DNA of 64,000 bases from Chitinophaga pinensis (GTDB taxonomy: Bacteria; Bacteroidota; Bacteroidia; NS11-12g; UBA9320), in the NCBI GenBank assembly GCA_945889315.1, contig CAMDBP010000002.1, forward strand, positions 11,466 through 75,465, given 5' to 3'. Both the position numbers and the translations under genes were made by a program. Position 1 is the stretch's first letter. The number at the start of each line of letters is the position of its first letter. A model generated the notes under the pieces. The model had not been told where the DNA came from. It ran no database searches and saw nothing but the letters and a program-made list of their open reading frames with translations. Below, in pieces: positions 30,379 through 39,814 of this stretch.

Positions 30379-31275
30379 TTGAGTAATAAAATTGAAATTT
30401 CTGCATGCATTGTTTGCGGAACTACGTCATTTAAAGATGAACTTACCGTAACCGATTGGTTAGTAAGTAATGAGGTTTTTTTTATTAAGAATTGCAATTC
30501 TTGTGGTTTTCGGTTTACGTCTAACCCACCGTCCGCAATGGATGCTGGGCCCTATTACGAAACAGAAGAGTATGTAGAGCACAGCGATAGCAGCGCTGGA
30601 ATTATAAATACTGTGTATCACCAAGCTCGTAAATGGATGCTTAGGTATAAGCTCAGATTAATAAGAAAACACGCTAAGGGCAATAGGCTACTGGATATCG
30701 GTTCTGGTTCTGGTTACTTTATTCATTTTATGAAGCAAAATGGACTAGACGTAGCTGGAGTAGAAATAAGTGATAAAGCGGTAGCCCTATGCCGCGACAA
30801 GTTTGGCATAACAGCCTACTCTCCAACACAGTTTTTGAATAACGAAATTCAGGGTGAATATGACATAGCTACCATGTGGCACGTTTTTGAGCATGTGTAT
30901 AGTTACGACGAGTATTTTGCCATGCTAAAGCAGACACTAACGGCCGACGGAACTCTAATCATTGCCATGCCTAATTATCTTTGTTTAGAAGAAAAATATT
31001 ACCGAAAATACTGGAATGGGTATGATACACCTCGACATTTGTGGCATTTCACCTCAGAGACATTTACCCAATTTGCCAAGGATAGAGGTTTTGAAGTTGT
31101 CCAAGAACACAATTTACCATTGGATCCTTTCTATAATTGTCTGATTAGTGCTTCCTACAAAAAATCATTTAACTTTATGCCTGCAACCTTAATGGTTGGA
31201 CTTTTGTCTTTGCTCAACTCCATTCTTTTTTTCAAGAAAAGCAGCTCCATTGTTTACGTATTAAAAAAGATATGA
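30379..31275 (+). CDS. Class I SAM-dependent methyltransferase with an N-terminal Cys4 zinc ribbon
   Basis: TTG start. 'CIVCG...CNSCGF' is the ribbon. The SAM motif I is 'LLDIGSGSGYF'. Confidence 0.7.
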   Translation: MSNKIEISACIVCGTTSFKDELTVTDWLVSNEVFFIKNCNSCGFRFTSNPPSAMDAGPYYETEEYVEHSDSSAGIINTVYHQARKWMLRYKLRLIRKHAKGNRLLDIGSGSGYFIHFMKQNGLDVAGVEISDKAVALCRDKFGITAYSPTQFLNNEIQGEYDIATMWHVFEHVYSYDEYFAMLKQTLTADGTLIIAMPNYLCLEEKYYRKYWNGYDTPRHLWHFTSETFTQFAKDRGFEVVQEHNLPLDPFYNCLISASYKKSFNFMPATLMVGLLSLLNSILFFKKSSSIVYVLKKI

Positions 31276-31312
31276 TCAACTTTTTTAGATTTCTTCTTGT
31301 TATTGCCATAAA

Positions 31313-32106
31313 TTACTTCTTAATAAAAGGGCGGGTTACGCTAGTGGTTCCCGAAACTATTTTAAGGTAGTAAACACCTGCTTCTAAGTACGCGATATTC
31401 AAGATAGTTGAATAGTTTTCTTTGAAAACCAAATTGCCGGTAGAATTAAAAATAGCCGTATAGTCTGCTGCACCCGTGTAGCCTGAAATAGTTAATTCTT
31501 TACTAGAGGGGTTGGGATATATTTCAATTTTTGCATAATTAAGTAAATCGGTAGAGGAAACACTAGCCTCTGCAATTGAAAGGGTGTCTATCAAAACATT
31601 ATCTCCAGATGTGTTTCCGTTATTATTGGCTACTAAAGCGGCGGCAAAAAAATGTATATTACCAGAACCTTTGACGGGAGCCGTCCAAGAAAATGTCCAT
31701 GACTTGCTACCTGAACCTGAATTATTGGAGGACTTATGCGTTGCTCGTTTTCCATTTGATTTTATATTCCCCTCCGAAGTATTGCTAAAAGTTCCTTTGC
31801 CACTACCTAAGCTGTCTTCCGATGTTATTTCAAAGCCAAATTTTGTGACACCAGACTTGGCTGCTTTCAAGATAACAGTATATTGTTTGCCTGGAACATA
31901 GCCAGAAGCGGGAATATCAGTAGAAATCATCTCACTAGAAGTTATAGTGCTTGAAGAGCTTGCGTGACAACCACCGCTACTTGCACAAGTTGCGCCATTG
32001 TCTGATTTTGAACCGGTATAGCCACCTGGACTGCCACCACTATTGGCCAGAATTATTATTACGACACATAAAAAATAAGATATAGTACGGGGCTTTTATT
32101 AATCAT
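31313..32106 (-). pseudogene. T9SS-sorted secreted protein whose promoter-proximal ATG and signal peptide are out of frame with the body (1-nt frameshift in an A4 run, or an assembly error)
   Basis: The body frame is open from 32095 to 31313 but has no ATG before 31930. The ATG at 32106 (MINK...) is in the frame offset by 1 nt. Adding one A to AAAA (32094-32097) gives 'MINKKPRTISYFLCVVIIILANSGGSPGGYTGS...CASSGGCH...', a canonical signal peptide. The C-terminus 'IEIYPNPSSKELTISG...GVYYLKIV' is a T9SS CTD. Confidence 0.65.
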
Positions 32107-32130
32107 CACTCGACGTTTCATTTTAGCCAC

Positions 32131-32138
32131 CAAAAATA
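32131..32138 (-). promoter_or_regulatory. -7 promoter box (TATTTTTG) positioned for the ATG at 32106
   Basis: Exact TAnnTTTG on the minus strand, 24 nt upstream of the out-of-frame ATG. Confidence 0.5.
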
Positions 32139-32189
32139 GAGGTGAAAGGCAAGTATTTATATATGTTTTTGTGTTTGTTTAAATAATGT

Positions 32190-32197
32190 TACTTTTG
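32190..32197 (+). promoter_or_regulatory. -7 promoter box (TACTTTTG) for rimP-nusA-infB
   Basis: Exact TAnnTTTG with a TTG about 18 nt upstream (32169-32171), 55 nt upstream of the rimP start. Confidence 0.5.
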
Positions 32198-32217
32198 CAC
32201 AAGTAAAAAACAATAAA

Positions 32218-32240
32218 GAGGGGTTTAAAGCCCCTTTTTT
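32218..32240 (+). terminator. Terminator-like hairpin plus U-tract in the rimP-nusA-infB leader (candidate attenuator)
   Basis: AGGGG (32219-32223) pairs with CCCCT (32231-32235) across a 7-nt loop, followed by T6 (32235-32240). It lies between the predicted promoter and the rimP start at 32253. Confidence 0.45.
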
Positions 32241-32252
32241 CTTACACAAATT

Positions 32253-32708
32253 TTGAGTTTAAAGCAACTTATAACTAGGATAATTGAAGAAGAATTGGTG
32301 GAGACCAATTGTTTTTTGGTCGGCATAGATGCTAACCAAGCAGAAACTAGTATGCGGTTTTATATTGATGGCGAAAATGGCGTAGATATTAAGTTATGTA
32401 CCCGTCTTAGCCGAAAAGTATCACGAATACTGGATGAAGAATATTTAGACGAAACACCCATTCGTTATGAAATATCTTCTCCTGGAACAGATCAACCGCT
32501 TATCGATATACGCCAATATAAGCAGCACATTGGTCGTGACCTTATCGTAACTTGTGACGAAGAGATCTTAGAAGGTGAGTTAACAGAAGTAAACGAAGGA
32601 ACTATAACCATACTTAAAACGATGGGCAAGAACAAAACAGAACCACAAACAATACTGTTTGAAAAAATAAATAAAAGCACCGTAAAAATATCTTTTAAAC
32701 GAAAATAG
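32253..32708 (+). CDS. rimP: Ribosome maturation factor RimP
   Basis: 151 aa with a TTG start. The gene lies immediately upstream of nusA, and its size and 'YEISSPG.DQPL' motif fit RimP. Confidence 0.8.
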   Translation: MSLKQLITRIIEEELVETNCFLVGIDANQAETSMRFYIDGENGVDIKLCTRLSRKVSRILDEEYLDETPIRYEISSPGTDQPLIDIRQYKQHIGRDLIVTCDEEILEGELTEVNEGTITILKTMGKNKTEPQTILFEKINKSTVKISFKRK

Positions 32709-32710
32709 AA

Positions 32711-33946
32711 ATGAGCTTACAATTAGTAGAATCTTTCTCGGAATTCAAAGAATTCAAAAACATCGATCGAGCAACCATGATGAGGGTACTCGAAGACGTA
32801 TTTAGAACCATGATTAGAAAAAAATATGGTTCTGACGATAATTTTGACGTTATCGTAAATACGGACAATGGTGATCTTGAAATATACAGGAATAGAGAGA
32901 TTGTGGACATGGGAGAAGTTGAAGATCCCAATAAAGAGATAACTATAGAAGATGCTAAAAAAATAGAAGCAGACTATGAAATAGGTGAAGAAGCTATACA
33001 AGAAATTGATATGGCTGAGTTTGGTCGTAGAACTATTCTTACTGCCAGACAAACACTATTATCTAGAGTACTAGAGTTAGAAAAAGACGAATTCTACAAA
33101 AAATATAAAGATAGAGTTGGTGAAATTGTAACTGGTGAGGTTTACCAAATTTGGAAAAACGAAATCATGATCTTGGATGACGAAGGAAATGAACTTATTC
33201 TTCCAAAAAGAGAAATGATTCCAAGAGATTTCTTCAAAAAAGGAGACAGCATGCGTGCTGTGGTACTTCGCGTTGAAATGTATAATTCAAATCCTAAGAT
33301 TATCTTGAGTAGAACAGCTCCAGAGTTTCTTGAGCGTTTATTTGAACTAGAAGTGCCAGAAATTCTTGATGGTTTAATCACCGTAAAGAAAATAGTACGA
33401 GAGCCTGGAGAACGCGCCAAAGTCGCTGTAGAAAGTTATGATGACCGTATAGATCCAGTAGGTGCATGCGTAGGTATTAAAGGAAGCAGAATACACGGCA
33501 TTGTTAGAGAATTGAAAAATGAAAACATAGACGTTATTAACTACACTTCTAATATTCAATTGCTGATACAAAGAAGTTTAAGTCCTGCAAAAGTATCAAG
33601 CATTACTTTAGATGACAAAACAGGAAAAGCAGACGTATTCTTACCCGCAGATCAAGTATCACTTGCTATTGGTAAAGGAGGACACAACATTAAACTTGCT
33701 GGCAAATTGGTAGGTTATACCATTGACGTCTATAGAGAATCTAATGAGGACGAAGACATGGATGTTGATTTAGACGAATTTGTAGATGAAATAGATACTT
33801 GGATCATAGACGAGTTAAAAGGCATAGGGCTAGATACAGCCAAAAGCGTGCTTGAAATGAGTAATGCAGACCTTGTATCACGTACTGAGTTAGAGCAAGA
33901 AACAATTGAAGAAATTAAGAAAATACTAGAGGCGGAATTTGAATAA
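32711..33946 (+). CDS. nusA: Transcription termination/antitermination factor NusA
   Basis: 411 aa with an S1 domain ('GEIVTGEVYQI'), two KH domains ('DPVGACVGIKGSRI', 'QVSLAIGKGGHNIKLA'), and conserved rimP-nusA-infB synteny. Confidence 0.95.
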   Translation: MSLQLVESFSEFKEFKNIDRATMMRVLEDVFRTMIRKKYGSDDNFDVIVNTDNGDLEIYRNREIVDMGEVEDPNKEITIEDAKKIEADYEIGEEAIQEIDMAEFGRRTILTARQTLLSRVLELEKDEFYKKYKDRVGEIVTGEVYQIWKNEIMILDDEGNELILPKREMIPRDFFKKGDSMRAVVLRVEMYNSNPKIILSRTAPEFLERLFELEVPEILDGLITVKKIVREPGERAKVAVESYDDRIDPVGACVGIKGSRIHGIVRELKNENIDVINYTSNIQLLIQRSLSPAKVSSITLDDKTGKADVFLPADQVSLAIGKGGHNIKLAGKLVGYTIDVYRESNEDEDMDVDLDEFVDEIDTWIIDELKGIGLDTAKSVLEMSNADLVSRTELEQETIEEIKKILEAEFE

Positions 33947-33973
33947 TAATACTTTAATTATTAAAGTATTATT
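33945..33973. repeat. Perfect 14-bp-arm inverted repeat overlapping the nusA stop codon
   Basis: AATAATACTTTAAT-T-ATTAAAGTATTATT, verified base by base. It lies in the 49-nt nusA-infB spacer. Confidence 0.9.
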
Positions 33974-33995
33974 TTCGAACACTGCTTATCAATAG

Positions 33996-36866
33996 ATGGC
34001 TGATAATAATAAAACATATAGAATTAATAAGGTTGCTACAGAGTTTAATGTTAGTTGGAAAACTATCGTAGATCACCTTGCTGATAAAGGTTTTGACGTG
34101 GAACAAAAAATCACAGCAAAACTGGACGAAGCCATGTATCAAGACTTGCTAAGTTTTTATCAAAAAGATAAGCAAGCTAAGGAGGAATCGCTACAACTGG
34201 AAATAAACATTCGAAAAGATGCCAAAACAGCAGAAATTGTAGAAACCAAAAAGGTTGAGCCTGCAAAACCGGAATTTACACCGGAAGCAACTTTTTTTGT
34301 AAAAGACACTTCTTCTAAATTTATCCCAAAATTAGACATCGCTGAAGATGCAGAAGCAACCGTTGTCGTTACAACACCACTTGTTTCTAATGATCCAACA
34401 GTGATTGAAGAGCAGTCGCAGTTAGAAATATCTATATCAAATCAAAAAGACGCTAACTTCGATAGTACCGCGTCTGAGCCAATTAATCCTGTACTTGAAT
34501 CGGCCACAGAAACAATACAGGAAGCAGGAACCTTAAAGATTCTTGGTAATATTAAAATCGAGGCTTCGAAGAAAAAAGAGGCTAAGGCAAGTAGAAAAGA
34601 GTCCGAGAAATCTATCTCAAAAACAACGAAACGTAAAGTAGATGAAACGACTCATGATTCCACGCACGAAACCCCTGTTTTAAGTAATCCTGAAGAGTCA
34701 GAAATCATTGAACCTGTTGAGATCAAAACAGAGTACTCAAAATTAGAAGGAACAACGGTTTTAGGTAAAGTTGAAATAAAACCTGTAGTCAAGAAAACCC
34801 GCACTAGAGACGCTAATGAGCCAAAGCAAAAACGTAAACGTATACGTGGCGAAAAAATAAGTACCGACAAAATAGGTCCCGATAAACCCGGAACGCGTCC
34901 GACAACAGGAACTGGAACTGGCCCAATTCATGAAAAAACTGAAATAACTCAAAAAGAGATTCAGGATAAGATTAAGAAAACATTAGCTAACATGACTACT
35001 TCTAAGCAAGCCCCAAATCACGGTGGTAAGGTTAGACAAAAAGCTAGGAAATTCAGAAGAGAAGAGCACAAGAAAAAGTGGGAAGAAAAACAACTTCAGG
35101 ATATCGTCGAAAGTAAAATTCTATCTGTAACCGAGTTTGTTACTGCAAATGACCTTGCAAACATGATGGATGTAAATGTAAACGAAATCATCGGCGCTTG
35201 TTTCTCACTTGGTATGATGGTTTCCATCAATCAACGACTTGATGCTGAAACGATTCAAATAGTTGCCGAAGAATTCGAATACGAAGTAAACTTTGTAGAC
35301 GCTGACGAAACCATTGAGATAGAGCAAGAGGAAGATCGAGAAGAGGATCTGAAACCGAGACATCCAATTGTTACGGTAATGGGTCACGTGGATCACGGTA
35401 AGACTTCTTTATTGGATTACATAAGAAAAGCAAATGTTATTGCAGGTGAAGCTGGCGGAATAACGCAGCACGTTGCAGCGTATGAAGTTAAGTTGAAAAC
35501 CGGTCAGAAAATGACCTTCATAGACACTCCTGGTCACGAGGCTTTTACAGCAATGCGTGCCAGAGGAGCAAAAGTGACAGACGTAGCTATTATCGTAATA
35601 GCTGCTGACGACACCATAATGCCACAAACAAAAGAGGCAATTAGCCATGCGCAAGCAGCCAATGTTCCTATTGTTTTTGCGATCAACAAAATAGATAAAG
35701 ATGGAGCAAACCCCGATAGAGTAAGAGAAGGGTTATCTGCCATGAATATATTAGTAGAGGAATGGGGAGGCAAGTATCAGTGTCAAGAAATTTCTGCTAA
35801 AAAAGGACTCAATATTGAAGAACTACTTGTAAAAGTAAGTTTAGAAGCCGAATTACTTGAGCTTAAAGCGAATGCTAATAAAAATGCAAAAGGCGCAGTA
35901 CTAGAGGCTAAGATAGAAAAAGGAAGAGGTGTAGTTGCTTCTGTTCTTATAAGCGAAGGAACACTTAAAGTGGGTGATGCACTGATTGCTGGACAACATT
36001 TTGCACGTGTGAAAGCGATGTTCAATGAGAGGGGACAAGCAATGAAAATGGCAGGACCATCTTCACCAGTGTCTATTCTAGGGTTCTCTGCGGCACCTGC
36101 AGCAGGTGAAACGTTCCAAGTACTTTCGGATGAAGCTCAAGCGAAGGAAATAGCCAATAAACGAGAGCAGTTACAAAGAGAGCAGTCTATACGAACTACT
36201 TCTATGCTTACACTTGACACTATTGGTAAACGACTGGCTATAGGTAATTTCCAAGAGCTTAAATTAATAATTAAAGCAGACGTGGATGGCAGTAGTGAGG
36301 CACTTTCTGATTCATTACTCAGACTTTCTACCGAAGAGATAGAAGTTAAAATAATTCAAAAATCTGTAGGACCAATTACAGATAATGACGTCCTTTTAGC
36401 CAAAGCTTCTGACGCAATCGTAATCGGTTTCCAAGTTAGACCAATGCCATCAGCCAAAAAACTAGCTGAAAATGAAGGTGTTGAGATAAAGCAATACAGC
36501 ATTATATACCAAGCTATAGAAGAGATTAAAGCTGCCATGGAAGGCATGTTAGCTCCTGACTTAAAAGAGGAAATAACCGGTACTGCAGAGGTACGTGAGG
36601 TCTTCAAAATCACTAAAGTAGGAACCATAGCCGGCTGTATGCAAACAGAAGGAAAGATGTACAGAAGCAATAAGGTTAGACTTATTCGTAACAACGTAGT
36701 AATTTATACTGGAGAAATAGAAGCATTGAAGCGTTTTAAAGATGACGCAAAAGAGATAGGCAAAGGCTTCGAATGCGGTATTCAAATTAAAAACTACAAT
36801 GATCTTGAACTGTATGATCTTATCGAAGGTTTCCGTGAGGTAGAAGTAGCCCGTAAATTAAGTTAA
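33996..36866 (+). CDS. infB: Translation initiation factor IF-2
   Basis: 956 aa. It has a low-complexity N-terminal region and G-domain motifs '[12 protein letters not shown]', 'DTPGHEAF' and 'NKIDK'. Confidence 0.95.
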   Translation: MADNNKTYRINKVATEFNVSWKTIVDHLADKGFDVEQKITAKLDEAMYQDLLSFYQKDKQAKEESLQLEINIRKDAKTAEIVETKKVEPAKPEFTPEATFFVKDTSSKFIPKLDIAEDAEATVVVTTPLVSNDPTVIEEQSQLEISISNQKDANFDSTASEPINPVLESATETIQEAGTLKILGNIKIEASKKKEAKASRKESEKSISKTTKRKVDETTHDSTHETPVLSNPEESEIIEPVEIKTEYSKLEGTTVLGKVEIKPVVKKTRTRDANEPKQKRKRIRGEKISTDKIGPDKPGTRPTTGTGTGPIHEKTEITQKEIQDKIKKTLANMTTSKQAPNHGGKVRQKARKFRREEHKKKWEEKQLQDIVESKILSVTEFVTANDLANMMDVNVNEIIGACFSLGMMVSINQRLDAETIQIVAEEFEYEVNFVDADETIEIEQEEDREEDLKPRHPIVTVMGHVDHGKTSLLDYIRKANVIAGEAGGITQHVAAYEVKLKTGQKMTFIDTPGHEAFTAMRARGAKVTDVAIIVIAADDTIMPQTKEAISHAQAANVPIVFAINKIDKDGANPDRVREGLSAMNILVEEWGGKYQCQEISAKKGLNIEELLVKVSLEAELLELKANANKNAKGAVLEAKIEKGRGVVASVLISEGTLKVGDALIAGQHFARVKAMFNERGQAMKMAGPSSPVSILGFSAAPAAGETFQVLSDEAQAKEIANKREQLQREQSIRTTSMLTLDTIGKRLAIGNFQELKLIIKADVDGSSEALSDSLLRLSTEEIEVKIIQKSVGPITDNDVLLAKASDAIVIGFQVRPMPSAKKLAENEGVEIKQYSIIYQAIEEIKAAMEGMLAPDLKEEITGTAEVREVFKITKVGTIAGCMQTEGKMYRSNKVRLIRNNVVIYTGEIEALKRFKDDAKEIGKGFECGIQIKNYNDLELYDLIEGFREVEVARKLS

Positions 36867-36921
36867 AACTTATTTTATTTCTTTTAAAAAGCATTCACTT
36901 TTTTCTTATTAACTTGCACCA

Positions 36922-37926
36922 ATGAATAGTGCAATTATCAAAGGCATGGGCTATTATGTACCGAGCAATGTTGTAACCAATGATGACCTTGCTGGCATAA
37001 TGGATACCAACAATGAGTGGATCGTTGAGAGAACTGGTATTAACGAAAGACGCTGGATTAAAGATAATAGTGAGAGTACATCTTCTATGGCTCTTGAAGC
37101 TTCTAAAAATGCTATTACAGATGCTGGAATAGATAAAAGTGAAATAGATTTTATCATATTCGCTACCTTAAGTCCGGACTACTATTTTCCTGGACCCGGT
37201 GTTACACTTCAAAAAGACTTAGGACTTGACACCATTGGTGCGTTAGACGTACGCAACCAGTGCAGTGGTTTTGTGTACGCCCTGTCTATAGCCGATCAAT
37301 ACATCAAAACAGGTATGTATAAAAATATTCTGGTAGTGGGCTCTGAATATCATAGTGGCGGCCTAGATAAATCGACTAAAGGACGCGGAGTAACTGTTAT
37401 TTTTGGGGATGGAGCAGGGGCTGCGATTGTATCCAAAAGCCCAAACGCTAATAGAGGTATCCTCTCTACGCACTTGCATTCGCAAGGTGAATTTGCCGAA
37501 GAGCTTACGTTAATTGGGCCTAGTACACGTCGTTGGGTACCTGAAATAATAGATGGAGCAGGAAAAGACGACGAGGCCATTTATCCTTACATGAACGGAA
37601 CGTTTGTTTTCAAGCATGCAGTCACCCGATTTCCGCAGGTAATAGGTGAAGCCCTAACTCAAAATAACTTAAAAAGCGACGATATTGACTTGCTCATACC
37701 CCATCAAGCAAACCTTCGCATTTCTCAATTTGTACAACAAAAAATGGGTTTAAGAGATGATCAAGTCTTTAATAACATTCAAAAATACGGCAATACAACC
37801 GCGGCTTCCATACCCATAGCTTTGGCAGAAGCTAAGTTAGCTGGCTTGGTCAAGGAGGGAGATTTAATCTGTTTAGCGGCATTTGGCAGTGGATTTACTT
37901 GGGCTAGCGCCCTTATACGATGGTAG
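36922..37926 (+). CDS. fabH: Beta-ketoacyl-ACP synthase III
   Basis: Active-site 'NQCSGFVYAL', 'PHQANLRI' and 'GNTTAASIP'. Confidence 0.9.
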   Translation: MNSAIIKGMGYYVPSNVVTNDDLAGIMDTNNEWIVERTGINERRWIKDNSESTSSMALEASKNAITDAGIDKSEIDFIIFATLSPDYYFPGPGVTLQKDLGLDTIGALDVRNQCSGFVYALSIADQYIKTGMYKNILVVGSEYHSGGLDKSTKGRGVTVIFGDGAGAAIVSKSPNANRGILSTHLHSQGEFAEELTLIGPSTRRWVPEIIDGAGKDDEAIYPYMNGTFVFKHAVTRFPQVIGEALTQNNLKSDDIDLLIPHQANLRISQFVQQKMGLRDDQVFNNIQKYGNTTAASIPIALAEAKLAGLVKEGDLICLAAFGSGFTWASALIRW

Positions 37927-38798
37927 CGGGAATATCTCAAACTGAACTCATCCAGATCGGCACTATCACCTTAGTCTCGTATTTATTAGTGCAACTAGGT
38001 AAAGCACTTATTAAGCGTAGCATTCGTAAGACCTATAATGATCCATCTGATGACGATGCTAAACTAACAGGACTTAGATTTCTTTATAACACCTTATCTT
38101 TTCTTATTTACACCGTTGGGGTCATTGCTATTATTTACACTATTCCTCCCCTCAAAAACGTTGGGAAAACACTATTTGCTGGCGCTGGAATATTTGCTGC
38201 AATACTTGGTTTTGCATCTCAACAGGCCTTTTCAAATATTATTGGCGGTATTTTTCTAGTCATTTTTAAACCGTTTAGAGTAGGCGATCTGATTAAAGTA
38301 GGCACACTTGACGAAGGTTATGTAGAAGATATTACGCTTAGACATACCGTTATCCGCGATTTTGAAAATAAACGCATTGTTATTCCTAATTCGATGATTA
38401 GTAGCGAGACTATTCATAATTCTAACCTTAAAGATCAACGAGTAATGAATAGAATCCACTTTGGAATAAGTTACGACTCTAATATGGATACTGCCATTGC
38501 TATTATTCAGAAAAATGCATTGAACCATCCTTTATATCGCGATTATAGATCCACAGCAGAAACAAAAGACAATAGTCCAGCAATTGATGTTAGAATTATA
38601 AAGTGGGCAGATTCAGAAATAACCTTAAGAGCTTATATTTGGACAGACACACAGGAAGAAGGTTTTATCTTAAAAACAGACCTGTTCTATACGGTTAAAA
38701 AAGAGTTTGAAGCAAATCATATAGAAATACCATTCCCACATCGAACTATCGTTTATAAAAATAATGAGCATAAGAAAAAGGAAGAAAAAGCTATTTAA
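37920..38798 (+). CDS. Mechanosensitive ion channel family protein (MscS-like)
   Basis: About 3 TM segments followed by 'FKPFRVGDLIKVG...GYVEDITLRHTVIRDFENKRIVIPNS'. Confidence 0.8.
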   Translation: MVAGISQTELIQIGTITLVSYLLVQLGKALIKRSIRKTYNDPSDDDAKLTGLRFLYNTLSFLIYTVGVIAIIYTIPPLKNVGKTLFAGAGIFAAILGFASQQAFSNIIGGIFLVIFKPFRVGDLIKVGTLDEGYVEDITLRHTVIRDFENKRIVIPNSMISSETIHNSNLKDQRVMNRIHFGISYDSNMDTAIAIIQKNALNHPLYRDYRSTAETKDNSPAIDVRIIKWADSEITLRAYIWTDTQEEGFILKTDLFYTVKKEFEANHIEIPFPHRTIVYKNNEHKKKEEKAI

Positions 38799-39810
38799 TA
38801 GTCCTATTTCATATAATCTCGAAAGAGATAATGGGAGCATGACTTTGGATTGTATCATCTATAACGATACTCACTACCAGCGAAGCGCTGAAACTAATTG
38901 GGAGAACTTGATACAAGCCTTGTCGGAACATCAAGATAAGTACATTTGGTTAAATTTATACCCGTTAGAAGATAAAAAAACGCTCGAGTCTATTGAGCAA
39001 TATTTTGGTATCGATCCTTTTTTGATGGCAGATGCTGTTGATTTTTCGCAAAGATCAAAGTTGTGGGAAACAGACAAGCATCTTTTCTGCTCCTTTAAAA
39101 TGAAAAAACATGACCTGCATGATACCGAACATATTAGTTTTATCTTAGGGGAAAATGTAATCATTAGCTTACAAGAAATAGAAGAAGACGTATTTCAAAA
39201 TATTAGAACCCGCATGGAAAACAATTATGGCCCTATCCGTAAAAAAAGTGTTGACTACCTTCTATTTCTCTTGTGCGATTCCATAATAGATCAATACACG
39301 CTAATCAGTGACAGCTCTGAAGATAGCTTATTGATGCTTGAAGCAGAGATTGCAAGTACAAACAAAAATATTAACCTAAGTTCCTTGTATGCCGTTAAAA
39401 AAGACCTCTTACAAGTACACAAAGACGCACGTGTATCTAGCGAAATAATTGAAGCACTAATTACCTCAGAATTTTTTGCTATTTCTAGTTTTGTAACCAA
39501 ACTATTTACGTCCATATCGCATAACGCAAAACATAGTATAGATTCTCTGAGCAGACAGCTAGATCACGTAAACTCTTTGTCGGATTTATACTTTGCACAA
39601 CAAAATAATCGCCTGAATGATATGATTAAACTGCTCACCATCATGTCTGCTATTTTTATCCCTATCACATTTATTGCCGGATTTTATGGAATGAATTTTA
39701 TGTACATGCCAGAAACTAAAGTAGCCTGGGCCTACCCCGCTGTAATTAGTTTAATGGTTTTTGTTGTAGCTTTTATTGTTCTATTCTTTAAAAGGAAAAA
39801 GTGGTTATAG
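38764..39810 (+). CDS. corA: Magnesium/cobalt transporter CorA
   Basis: C-terminal 'FIAGFYGMNF' (GMN motif) followed by a final TM segment. It overlaps the mscS-like gene by 35 nt. Confidence 0.85.
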   Translation: MSIRKRKKKLFNSPISYNLERDNGSMTLDCIIYNDTHYQRSAETNWENLIQALSEHQDKYIWLNLYPLEDKKTLESIEQYFGIDPFLMADAVDFSQRSKLWETDKHLFCSFKMKKHDLHDTEHISFILGENVIISLQEIEEDVFQNIRTRMENNYGPIRKKSVDYLLFLLCDSIIDQYTLISDSSEDSLLMLEAEIASTNKNINLSSLYAVKKDLLQVHKDARVSSEIIEALITSEFFAISSFVTKLFTSISHNAKHSIDSLSRQLDHVNSLSDLYFAQQNNRLNDMIKLLTIMSAIFIPITFIAGFYGMNFMYMPETKVAWAYPAVISLMVFVVAFIVLFFKRKKWL

Positions 39811-39814
39811 CTAT

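Noticed and set aside
32218-32240. The leader hairpin interpreted as the terminator of a neighbouring gene
   Set aside because: No plus-strand gene ends just upstream. On the minus strand the adjacent gene starts rather than ends here. It is therefore kept as a leader or attenuator candidate only.
34900-34925. 'GGAACTGGAACTGG' microrepeat (TGTGTG peptide) in the infB N-terminal region
   Set aside because: It is a short low-complexity stretch typical of the variable IF-2 N-terminus, not a repeat array.
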